Assembly (NCBI GenBank): GCA_021829835.1
Contig: JAKBPE010000002.1
Span: forward strand, 21,498 to 85,497
Direction: 5' to 3'
From: a bacterium
GTDB taxonomy: Archaea > Micrarchaeota > Micrarchaeia > Micrarchaeales > CABMGC01
DNA length: 64,000 nt
Shown: in pieces, positions 18,544 to 27,480 of the stretch
Position numbering within the stretch: the stretch's first letter is position 1
Layout of the letters: each line of letters opens with the position of its first letter
Notes under the pieces: model-generated
Told to the model about the DNA's origin: nothing
Database searches by the model: none
Seen by the model: the letters and a program-made list of their open reading frames with translations, nothing else
Translations under genes and position numbers: made by a program

Positions 18544-19872
18544 ATGGCTGGAGGAAACATAAAAAACCATGGTAAAAATTCACCAGATCTTGAAAGCAAA
18601 GTCAACCAGGTTTTTGCAAGAATACTCAAATCGGAAAAAAACCAGAACGAAAAGATGGAAGAACTGCTTTCAACCGCATCAGAGAATAATATTCCAATAC
18701 ATAAGCTGGAGTCATACATTGATCCTAAAAGTGCAGCAGCAGCAAGAAGGCATTTAATCGGGAAAATCACAGGCACAGACTTAAGATCGATAGGCTCATC
18801 AAATCTTGACTATTCCTTAATATCAAACAGAAATGCCGAGAATGTCATAGGCTACATGCAGATGCCGCTTGGGGTTGCCGGTCCGATACTCATAAACGGA
18901 GAGCATGCAAAAGGCGAATTCTATGTCCCTATGGCTACAACCGAAGGCGCATTGATAGCCAGTGTTAATCGTGGCATGAAGGCCATAACCTCTTCAGGCG
19001 GAGCAAAGACGATAGTCATCAAAAACGCCATGACAAGGGCTCCTGTTTTTGAATTCGACTCAATAGCATATATTCCAGGCTTTCTCGCATGGATAAGAGA
19101 AAACCATGAAGAAATAAAGAGAGCTGCAGAAGCCACCACTTCACACGGCAAGCTTATTGATGTTATGCCATTTGTAACAGGTGCGAATGTCTGGCTTAGA
19201 TTCTCATTCGATACAGGCGACGCAATGGGCATGAATATGGTCACGATAGCCAGCGAAGCTGCATGTGAATATATAGAAAGCAATTTTAAGAAGGCAAGGC
19301 TCGTCTCAATCAGCGGGAACATGTGCTCAGACAAGAAAAACTCCTCCATAAACCTACTATTCGGCAGAGGCAAGAGCGTGATTGCCGAAGCAATCCTGGA
19401 AGAGGAAATAACACGCGAAACGTTGAAAGCGACCACCGAAGGCATACATAATCTAAACATAAAGAAAAACCTTATGGGAAGTACAAGGGCAGGAAGCAAC
19501 AATCTCAACGGGCATGCGGCCAACATGGTGGCAGCTGTCTTTGCAGCTACCGGACAAGACATAGCACAAGTGGTTGAAAGCAGCAACTGTTTTACCATTA
19601 CCGAATTAAAAGCAAGAAAACTCCACATATCTGTTACAATGCCTTCTATAGAGGTAGGAACAGTAGGAGGAGGCTCAGGCCTTCCAACACAAAAAGAGGC
19701 ACTTTCTATCTTAGGCGCATCTGGAAGCGGCAAAACCAAAGGCTCAAATTCGCTTAAACTTGCGGAGATAATCGCATCCACTGTATTGGCCGGAGAGCTC
19801 AATCTTCTTGCTGCGCAGTTCTCCCGTGAACTGGGAAGAGCCCACAATCGACTGGGAAGAAGCAAAGGCTAA
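18544..19872 (+). CDS. hmgA: Hydroxymethylglutaryl-CoA reductase (class I)
   Basis: Motifs ENVIGYMQMPLGVAGP, TTEGALIAS, DAMGMNMV and GTVGGG are present. Confidence 0.92.
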   Translation: MAGGNIKNHGKNSPDLESKVNQVFARILKSEKNQNEKMEELLSTASENNIPIHKLESYIDPKSAAAARRHLIGKITGTDLRSIGSSNLDYSLISNRNAENVIGYMQMPLGVAGPILINGEHAKGEFYVPMATTEGALIASVNRGMKAITSSGGAKTIVIKNAMTRAPVFEFDSIAYIPGFLAWIRENHEEIKRAAEATTSHGKLIDVMPFVTGANVWLRFSFDTGDAMGMNMVTIASEAACEYIESNFKKARLVSISGNMCSDKKNSSINLLFGRGKSVIAEAILEEEITRETLKATTEGIHNLNIKKNLMGSTRAGSNNLNGHAANMVAAVFAATGQDIAQVVESSNCFTITELKARKLHISVTMPSIEVGTVGGGSGLPTQKEALSILGASGSGKTKGSNSLKLAEIIASTVLAGELNLLAAQFSRELGRAHNRLGRSKG

Positions 19873-19924
19873 TCCTTCTCCATAATCCACGCTTCAAAAA
19901 CAAAAGCACCAACTCAAAAAAGAA

Positions 19925-19944
19925 GGAGGCAGGTTTCTGCCTCC
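19925..19944 (+). terminator. Hairpin downstream of hmgA (possible terminator)
   Basis: GGAGGCAG-GTTT-CTGCCTCC forms a perfect 8-bp stem about 50 nt after the hmgA stop, followed by the pyrimidine-rich CTTTCT. A second hairpin, GTCAG-ACTACGC-CTGAC, lies at 19957-19973. Confidence 0.35.
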
Positions 19945-20542
19945 CTTTCTGGGTGTGTCAGACTACGCCTGACATTATAATCTCTCAGGAAAAATATATA
20001 AATCTACTACCTAAGTATAACTAACAGTAGTAAGGTATTTATTCTTATACTAAAATATATAATTGCAGAAATGCGAGCCAACGCTATATAAGAACGGCAG
20101 GGGCAGGTCAGGTCTGTATCTCTTTCTGGGTGAAAACACGGGTAGTGGAAACTATGGGACTGGGAAAAATGAAAAGCTGCGCAAAGAGCTTCTGGTGTCA
20201 CTTATGCATAGATATGACGAGATAATATCTACTATAAGTGAATATGAGCGGTCTTGGCCTAAAGCAGAACTTTCGGCAAAGGCAGATATGGTACTTGATT
20301 CTATATCTGACCTGCTAAGGCAAAGATCTCTCAGGGAAGTTACGGCCTCATTGGAGATGTCAGGAATAATAGGACATGAAGAGGCCGCATACTTATGCGG
20401 AAAGAAGAAAAAGCAGCCAATCATAAAGGAGGCGGAAGCCTCCTCCAGTCCCCACTACCTGTGTTTTCTCACACAGTATAAATTTATGGCATCTCTAAAT
20501 CGTCTAAAATCTTTTCCAGAATCAGAGAAACAAATGCACCAA

Positions 20543-21163
20543 TCATCTTTTTGCAATTGCAAGGGATACGATATCCTCAAAAAAGATATGGGTGATCTTC
20601 CTTCCTACAATATCAAGGCCCATATCTCCAATATTCTTGGAAAGGTCTTCAAGATCACCAAAAGAGCTTGCATTCAATATTATAATGCCCTCATCATCCA
20701 AGTGCTCTCTTGCTTCTGAAAGAAATCTTACTGAAAGCTCTATCCCCCTCTCTCCACCGCTCCATGGATTATATTCAATTTCTTCACCTTTCTTCTCATT
20801 TCTGAGGTAAGGCGCATTGAAGATTATCATATTGAATCTCATGTCTTTAGGCATCTCAGAAAAGAGATCGCTCTTAATGAATTCGGCATCTACATCTAAT
20901 TTCTTTCTATTCAAATCAAAGTTTTTCGCTGCAAGCCTCAATGCATTTTCATTTATATCCGAAAAAATAACCTTGCCTCCTTCCATAAGGGAAGCCGCTA
21001 CCAGTCCCAGGATTCCGGATCCTGTTCCGATATCTATTATGTATGGTTGTGTCTTATTCAACAATGGCAGATACTCTGCTATCATCTGTGCAGAAAGAAA
21101 GGAATCGTCAGAAGGCCTGTATACCTCTTCTTCTGTAGATATCTCCATGCCCATGTATTCCAT
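20543..21163 (-). CDS. HemK/Mtq2-type N5-glutamine (release factor) methyltransferase
   Basis: VYRPSDDSFL N-terminal motif, SAM-binding IDIGTGSGILG, and the catalytic NPPY variant FNAPY. Confidence 0.8.
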   Translation of the reverse strand: MEYMGMEISTEEEVYRPSDDSFLSAQMIAEYLPLLNKTQPYIIDIGTGSGILGLVAASLMEGGKVIFSDINENALRLAAKNFDLNRKKLDVDAEFIKSDLFSEMPKDMRFNMIIFNAPYLRNEKKGEEIEYNPWSGGERGIELSVRFLSEAREHLDDEGIIILNASSFGDLEDLSKNIGDMGLDIVGRKITHIFFEDIVSLAIAKR

Positions 21164-21308
21164 GCTTATGGTTTGCCAACTGAAATATAATAATCTGCAT
21201 CCTGACAGGCAATATTGTTCGGCAGCACAGAATACTACATATATGTAATACTTATATATCTGGAAAATCAGATTATATTAGATGGCAACTGCCTCTACGG
21301 TATAATGA

Positions 21309-21920
21309 ATGAAAAAAGACAAGATTTTAGAATTAAACCAAACCCTGAGAACTGCTTTAGGCGAAGCATTAAGGGACAACAGAAATATGGCTGAACAAGT
21401 AAGACAACTCGAAGAGGAGATAAAAAAACTCAAAAGGATCTCAACTACTGACTTTATGACCGGATTAGGAAACAAAATGGCATTCGATAAAACACTGGAA
21501 TCCTCAATAGAAGATTATCTTGCAACAGGCAAAAAATTTACCCTTGCAATAATAGATCTAAATGATCTTAAGAAAGCAAACGACATTGGAGGGCATGAAA
21601 AAGGAGACAGTTTAATAAAATCGGCAGCAGGGTTAATACATCATACTATAAGAAACAATGACTATGCCTTTAGGATAGGTGGAGACGAATTCGCAATAAT
21701 TCTTTCAGGAACAGAAAACGGGAAACCTTTCGAAAAAAGACTTCATTCCTTGGCAGAAAAATCAAACATTAGCCTTTCAATTGGCTGGGCAAGCACTTCA
21801 CATGTAAAGAAATCATGCACATCTCAAAGCATTATAAAAGAAGTCCTATTTGAACTTGCAGATTCCAACATGTATTTGCAGAAATCATTGTACAAGAAGA
21901 AAGTTCTGCCTAGGCAATAA
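21309..21920 (+). CDS. GGDEF-domain protein (diguanylate cyclase-like) with an N-terminal coiled coil
   Basis: TDFMTGLGNKMAFD, IIDLNDLKKANDIGGHEKGD and RNNDYAFRIGGDEFAIILSG are present. That gives an RxxD five residues upstream of an intact GGDEF (nt 21678-21692). LSIGWAS and ADSNMYLQK complete the family pattern. Confidence 0.8.
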   Translation: MKKDKILELNQTLRTALGEALRDNRNMAEQVRQLEEEIKKLKRISTTDFMTGLGNKMAFDKTLESSIEDYLATGKKFTLAIIDLNDLKKANDIGGHEKGDSLIKSAAGLIHHTIRNNDYAFRIGGDEFAIILSGTENGKPFEKRLHSLAEKSNISLSIGWASTSHVKKSCTSQSIIKEVLFELADSNMYLQKSLYKKKVLPRQ

Positions 21921-22002
21921 TAAATCATCTATGATCTATTTTTATCTTTTTCCTGCCAATCCATACTGCTAAAATTATGCTAAAGGTAATGAACTGGACG
22001 AT

Positions 22003-22578
22003 ATGCCGGCATGGATGATTGCAGAGGAAATACTTTCCAAGGCAGAACGAATACTTATGGAATCCGCGCTTGAACTTCTGCGCAGTCAGATAAAATCCGG
22101 TACTATAAAGGTCGATGGAACATTTGCCCCTTCTTCAGAGGCAAGCGGCGAAGCCGAACGCGACCTATTTCTTATGGAAAAGCTTATCGCAGATGAAGAA
22201 AATCTCTATCACAGATACCAAAACCTTATATCATCTGTAGAAAGCGGAAAGGAGCAAGATATGCATATAGTTGAGCGGATGGAAGAGATAAAGAAATTTC
22301 TACTATCGGTCTCGCAGATATCATTGACTGCAAAGAATGCAAAAGTATTCCGTGAATGGTTTTCAGATGCAGGCAGTAAAATGTCCATAAAGGACCCGGC
22401 AGAAATACTCGATTCGACCGCCATGCTGAGGCAAGAGCGCGCATCTGCCTTGGAATTCTTTGTGGGAAATAAGAAATTTATTAATTCTGAGATATTAATG
22501 CCTGAGGAAATAGAGATACTGAAAAAGGCATATTCTCTCCTGGGAAAAGAAAATTTCAACAAGGTGCAAAAATTATGA
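22003..22578 (+). CDS. Hypothetical helical protein
   Basis: 191-aa ORF with no recognisable motif. Its stop overlaps the start of nfo (ATGA), which implies translational coupling. Confidence 0.5.
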   Translation: MPAWMIAEEILSKAERILMESALELLRSQIKSGTIKVDGTFAPSSEASGEAERDLFLMEKLIADEENLYHRYQNLISSVESGKEQDMHIVERMEEIKKFLLSVSQISLTAKNAKVFREWFSDAGSKMSIKDPAEILDSTAMLRQERASALEFFVGNKKFINSEILMPEEIEILKKAYSLLGKENFNKVQKL

Positions 22579-23384
22579 GGCTAGGTTATCATGTATCAAC
22601 TGCCCAGAGAATGGATCTTGCATTTGACAGGGCATTGGCATTAGGCTGCAATACAATGCAGATATTCCTAAGCAATCCACGCGGCTGGGAAATAAAAGAA
22701 ATATCCAAAGAGATAAAAGAAGCATTCCTTGCCAAATCCGAATCTAAAAGGGTTAGCCCTGTAATTGCACATATGCCATATCTTCCTAATTTATCCTCTA
22801 CGAACAATTCAACTTATTCAAAATCTATAGAAAATCTAAATAAAACGCTTATGTTGTGTTCAGAGCTAAACGTAGAATATTTAGTTACTCATCTTGGCAG
22901 CCATCTTGGGAAAGGAAGCGATATCGGAATCAACAATGTCATAAATGCAATTAATAAAGCAGAAATAAGCGATGATGTAACCCTTCTTCTTGAAAACACC
23001 TCAGGAAGCAAAAATAGCGTAGGCTCAACCTTGGAGGAACTTGTAAAAATACGCGAAGGCACAGAGAAAAAAATAGGCTTTTGCCTTGATACCTGTCATC
23101 TCTACGCTGCTGGTTATGACATAACTAAAAAAGAGGTATTGGAGGAGATAGACAAAAAACTAGGTTTCAAAGACGTTCATATCTTCCATCTAAACGATTC
23201 CAAATTCCAGCTGGGCTCCCATCTAGACCGGCATGAAAATATAGGTATGGGCTATATAGGCAGAGAAGGATTTTCAAAATTCTTTTCATACAGGAAAATA
23301 TTAGACAAGCCATTCATCATGGAGACTCCTCAAGAATCAAAGGAAGAACTATTACTTGTAAAACAGTTATCTGGAAATCGCTAA
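22575..23384 (+). CDS. nfo: Endonuclease IV (AP endonuclease family 2)
   Basis: 269 aa with a TIM-barrel AP endonuclease 2 pattern: GCNTMQIFLSNPRGW, HMPYLPNL, VTHLGSH, LLENTSG, CLDTCHLYAAGYD, FHLNDS. Confidence 0.9.
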   Translation: MRLGYHVSTAQRMDLAFDRALALGCNTMQIFLSNPRGWEIKEISKEIKEAFLAKSESKRVSPVIAHMPYLPNLSSTNNSTYSKSIENLNKTLMLCSELNVEYLVTHLGSHLGKGSDIGINNVINAINKAEISDDVTLLLENTSGSKNSVGSTLEELVKIREGTEKKIGFCLDTCHLYAAGYDITKKEVLEEIDKKLGFKDVHIFHLNDSKFQLGSHLDRHENIGMGYIGREGFSKFFSYRKILDKPFIMETPQESKEELLLVKQLSGNR

Positions 23385-23458
23385 TTCTCAGGAGAAACGC
23401 CTGCCTTTATTTCAGTCTTACGTGACGTTATAACTACTTAATTTTTTCAGGTGTATAT

Positions 23459-25051
23459 ATGATATTCGAAAAAACAAAATATCCAATAACCATAATCAAA
23501 AAATTAGAACTTAAAAGAATTTATCATGGCGATTATTCAACATGGAAATGGAAAAAACCATTCTTTCTGAAAAGATTTATGTTGAATGGAAGAATGAATC
23601 CCCATGTTGTAATAATCGGAGAAAGCGGCGGCGGTAAGTCAAATGCATCAAGGGTAATCATAAAAGAGATTGCAGATACAGGGGCAGGGCTTCTCATACT
23701 TGATCCTAATGAAGATTATCTTGGGCTTGCAGACAAAATAGGCGCCGATGTCTATGATGCTTCACGTTCAAAGGTAAACTTTTTAGATTTGGACGGAATG
23801 GATGAAGAAGAACGCATTGGAGAGACAACATCTATACTATCAAAGCGATTAAGGCTTGGATATGTACAATCTTCATTGCTAAAGAGATGCATTGGATATA
23901 CCTACTGGGTAAGCAAGCCTAAAAACAGGATTCCCACAGTATCAGATTTGATGCTTACCTTGAAGCGTTTTGAGGCAAAAGCCGAAGGATCAGAATCAAG
24001 AACACTTTCACTGCTAATCGAGCGCATATCTCTGATAAACTCAAGAAAGCACGGACGGCCTATAAGCATTGAGAAAATAATGGGATCCAGGAGCATATTT
24101 TTGCTGGGCAGTATGCATACTGAAGAAGAACAATCAATATATATGGAAGCCTTGCTCCGAAAGATATATTCATCAATGCTTAGCAGCGGATACAGCCGCA
24201 AGCCATTCTATATAGTGATAGACGAAGCAAGAAAGATAAGCGGCAGTGTAATTCTAGGAAGGCTTGCAGCAGAAGGCAGAAAGTATGGCCTTGGCATAGT
24301 AGCGATATCACAGAAGGCAGAGGAGATAGACGGAAAAGTCATGAGCAACTCCTCTACTATAATCTCCTTTTATCAGCGGGAGCCTTCGGAATTGCATTAC
24401 ATCTCAAATTACATCTCAGGCGGTTCGGAATCCGGAAGGCTTGTTTCGGTCAAATCAGCCATAAGAAACCTAGGTGTTGGCAAAGCTGTAATATTGGATT
24501 CACGGTATAGAGAGCCTATAATGGTAAAGTTTGAGTCTTCCGATATTGGAAATTTCTCTCTAAAGTATTACATTGAAAACCTGTCTTACAATGCCATTGG
24601 AAAAAATCTCCTTGTAGAAAATCTTCATAGAATGAATATCAGCGATATAGATATTCAGATTGCTGTATCTACTCTAATTTCAGAAAAAATACTTTACGAA
24701 TATAATGACTGGTATATATCAAATCCAAGAAATTCTCCAGAGCATGATATCACAGTTTATCGCATATCTGAAAAACTTAAAGTAAATGGAATATCTAATG
24801 AAATATACAATTCCTCATATGGTCCTGATCTAATCATATACTCAAAAGGCAGACGGATTGCTATGGAATATGAAACCGGAAAGAAAAACCTAAACGATGT
24901 CATTCACATGCTGGAATACAGAAAAAAGAGTTACCCTGAAATAATTCTTGCTGTAAACGACCTGCATTACCCCAGATACTCCGCAATTCCCGGCATTACT
25001 GTATTGAGAATATCCGATTTCTTTGCAAGTAATCCAGAAGAATATCTATGA
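23459..25051 (+). CDS. HerA/FtsK-superfamily (DUF87-like) ATPase fused to a C-terminal wHTH-like and PD-(D/E)xK-like nuclease module
   Basis: Walker A IIGESGGGKSNAS, LILDPNEDY, Walker B FYIVIDEARK and RKYGLGIVAISQK are present. The C-terminal roughly 105 aa contain GPDLIIYSKGRRIAMEYETGKK, a PD...E-x-K-like pattern. Confidence 0.75.
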   Translation: MIFEKTKYPITIIKKLELKRIYHGDYSTWKWKKPFFLKRFMLNGRMNPHVVIIGESGGGKSNASRVIIKEIADTGAGLLILDPNEDYLGLADKIGADVYDASRSKVNFLDLDGMDEEERIGETTSILSKRLRLGYVQSSLLKRCIGYTYWVSKPKNRIPTVSDLMLTLKRFEAKAEGSESRTLSLLIERISLINSRKHGRPISIEKIMGSRSIFLLGSMHTEEEQSIYMEALLRKIYSSMLSSGYSRKPFYIVIDEARKISGSVILGRLAAEGRKYGLGIVAISQKAEEIDGKVMSNSSTIISFYQREPSELHYISNYISGGSESGRLVSVKSAIRNLGVGKAVILDSRYREPIMVKFESSDIGNFSLKYYIENLSYNAIGKNLLVENLHRMNISDIDIQIAVSTLISEKILYEYNDWYISNPRNSPEHDITVYRISEKLKVNGISNEIYNSSYGPDLIIYSKGRRIAMEYETGKKNLNDVIHMLEYRKKSYPEIILAVNDLHYPRYSAIPGITVLRISDFFASNPEEYL

Positions 25052-25080
25052 ATTCGTAACATAACCTTCAGCCTGCAATA

Positions 25081-25548
25081 CTATATCTTGCGTATGTTGT
25101 AAATGCGATATTCCTTGACATGCTTCATCCTTCTATCATATACAAATTCCATATCTGCACCTTTGCCTTCAAAAAGCAAAGGCAGCCAATATCTATCGTC
25201 TTCCCACATCTTATGTAACGGAAGCCTACCTTTGTTGAACCATTTCAGCTCTCCTTCCTCGCCGCCTACTGCCTTACCTGAAAATCCCGTTACCAAAAAG
25301 ACATATCCCAATCCAAGAATCTCTTTTTTCGAGCCTTTATAGAATTTTACCTTCCCAAATTTTTTCATCTCAGTAACAGTAAGTCCAGACTCTTCCTTTA
25401 CTTCTCTGACTATACCTTCTTCCGGAGTCTCTCCTTTGTCAATCTTTCCCCCAAGCCCATTCCATTTGTTCTTGCTTATGCTCCTTCTCCCGAATTTAAG
25501 CAGAACCTTATTTTTCCTAATTATCATACATAATGTCCATTTCTGCAT
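25081..25548 (-). CDS. Nudix hydrolase (MutT-like)
   Basis: Nudix box GGKIDKGETPEEGIVREVKEESGL. Confidence 0.85.
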   Translation of the reverse strand: MQKWTLCMIIRKNKVLLKFGRRSISKNKWNGLGGKIDKGETPEEGIVREVKEESGLTVTEMKKFGKVKFYKGSKKEILGLGYVFLVTGFSGKAVGGEEGELKWFNKGRLPLHKMWEDDRYWLPLLFEGKGADMEFVYDRRMKHVKEYRIYNIRKI

Positions 25549-25709
25549 GGCATCAACAATATAACCCTACTTATATCCATATATAATTTTATTTTTTCAG
25601 CCTTTTTACATTTTCGAATTCGCAATCTTCAAATCTGATTCTTAAAGAATCTGAATTGCAGATTTAGGCTGCAGATAAACATTAAAACAGATAGCTGCAA
25701 TAATAATAT

Positions 25710-26507
25710 ATGGAATTTTTGGAATTAGGAAAGACAGGGGAAAAAATCCCCGTTATAGGGATGGGAACATGGAAGCTAAGCAAAGATGGGATCTCAGCAC
25801 TCAAAACCGGCATATCACTAGGTTCAAACTTTATAGATACGGCAGAGATGTATCAGACTGAAAAATTTGTTGCTGAGATATTAAAAGAGAATCGTGATGA
25901 GGTATTCATCGCTACAAAAGTATCCCCTCACCATCTGCGATATGACGATGTGATAAAGGCATGCAATAACAGCCTAAACGCCCTAGGCATAAAAACCATA
26001 GACTTATATCAGATACACTGGCCTAATCCGTCTATTCCCATATCTGAGACAATCAAAGCTATGGAAAAGCTGGTATCAGAAGGCAAGATACGATACATAG
26101 GGGTAAGCAACTTTTCGATAAAGGAGCTTAAGGAAGCTCAGGAAGCGATGAGATCCGGAGAAATAGTCTCAAACCAGATTGAATACAGTGTTACTGAAAG
26201 AGATCCAGAGTCAAGCGGAATGTCAGCATACTGTTTATCTGAAAAAATAACAATTATTGCATACAGCCCGTTAGGCAGCGGAAGCGTGCTCTCAATTAGC
26301 AACAAGAAGATTTATGGAAAGCTCAATGAGATAGGTTCAAAATACGGAAAGAGTGCAGCACAAGTCGCATTAAACTGGCTTATTTCAAAAAGGAACATTA
26401 CTGCAATACCAAAGGCTAACACTCCGGATCATATGGCTGAAAATATAGCAGCATCTGGCTGGAAACTCAAGCCTGAAGACATAAGCGAGATAAACTCTTT
26501 TTTATAA
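25710..26507 (+). CDS. Aldo/keto reductase
   Basis: LGKTGEKIPVIGMGTW, IDTAEMY, DLYQIHWP, RYIGVSNF and IAYSPLG are present. Confidence 0.9.
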   Translation: MEFLELGKTGEKIPVIGMGTWKLSKDGISALKTGISLGSNFIDTAEMYQTEKFVAEILKENRDEVFIATKVSPHHLRYDDVIKACNNSLNALGIKTIDLYQIHWPNPSIPISETIKAMEKLVSEGKIRYIGVSNFSIKELKEAQEAMRSGEIVSNQIEYSVTERDPESSGMSAYCLSEKITIIAYSPLGSGSVLSISNKKIYGKLNEIGSKYGKSAAQVALNWLISKRNITAIPKANTPDHMAENIAASGWKLKPEDISEINSFL

Positions 26508-26700
26508 ATGGCCGGTTTCATAGGAAACTGGCCCGTCATATAATAAAGAAGACATCAGGAATCTGGTCTGAACGCCTAACTGAGCATTACCGTTCAAAAA
26601 CATAGGTACTTGAAGCATCTGGAAGCAGCGCATAGCTCAATGCCATGCAAACCTACCTTACTAATATAAAAATTTTGCTTTACAAACTAAATTGTAATCC

Positions 26701-27453
26701 ATGGCGTTATCGCAAAAACTGATTATATACATATTCCTAATAGCTGTTATCTTTGCTGTGGGAATATCAGGTACATACCTGATAGGTCACTATGAAAAAG
26801 GATTCAATGTACCTATAAATTCAGGATTGACTGCAGCATACTACACTACCGTAACACTCTCAACTGTAGGTTATGGTGACATAGTTCCAGTTTCAAACAC
26901 CGCAAGGATATTCACAATAATTCTCATTATAACTGGAATAGGAATATTCTTAGGAGCTCTCACTTCTATAACCAGTGAACTTGTAAATACGAGAGTGGAA
27001 TACCTAACCGGAAAGATAAACTCGTTCGAAAAGAGACTGCTCAGGAAGCATGTCATACTTGTAGGATTAGATTATATCAATGTCAGGCTGGCAGAAAAAC
27101 TCAAGGAAAAGAATGCTAAATTCATAGTCTTAAGTTCAGACATCAATCTGGTAAAGCAGCTTCGGGATCAGAAAGGATACCGTGCATTTGTTGTGGATGA
27201 GACAGATGAAAATGCAATGTCTCAATTCGAGTTCAAGCATGCAAAATCCATAATAATAGACATGAACGACAAATCCAAAATGGTCTATGCTCTCCTGGTA
27301 ATAAGAAACATTGCAGAAAACTCCCGAATTGTCGCAATAGCACGAACCCATGAAGATGAAACAAGGATAAGGGGAATGAAGCTCGGAATAGGTGTTATAA
27401 GCCCTGCAGAAATGGCATCCAATCTACTATCCCAGAAGATTGAAGAATTGTGA
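26701..27453 (+). CDS. Two-TM potassium channel with a C-terminal RCK/TrkA-N domain (MthK-like)
   Basis: Selectivity filter TLSTVGYGD between two TM helices, followed by a Rossmann-like HVILVGLDYINVRLAEKL. Confidence 0.85.
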   Translation: MALSQKLIIYIFLIAVIFAVGISGTYLIGHYEKGFNVPINSGLTAAYYTTVTLSTVGYGDIVPVSNTARIFTIILIITGIGIFLGALTSITSELVNTRVEYLTGKINSFEKRLLRKHVILVGLDYINVRLAEKLKEKNAKFIVLSSDINLVKQLRDQKGYRAFVVDETDENAMSQFEFKHAKSIIIDMNDKSKMVYALLVIRNIAENSRIVAIARTHEDETRIRGMKLGIGVISPAEMASNLLSQKIEEL

Positions 27454-27480
27454 ACAGTTTCAACTGCCCAGGTTCTTTCA

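Noticed and set aside
20100-20300. 4.5S/SRP-like words (GGCAGGUCAGGUC and GGCAAAGGCAGAUAUGG) in the 19.9-20.5 kb interval.
   Set aside because: The two words are about 180 nt apart instead of flanking a GGAA-capped hairpin, and no helix 8 or helix 5 pairing can be built. This is judged to be coincidental.
20063-20719. 218-aa ORF between hmgA and the methyltransferase gene.
   Set aside because: Only the first roughly 120 aa look protein-like. The ORF has no stop until it has run 177 nt antisense into the convergent, well-supported methyltransferase gene, and it has no recognisable motif. It is not reported as a gene and is kept as a low-interest observation.
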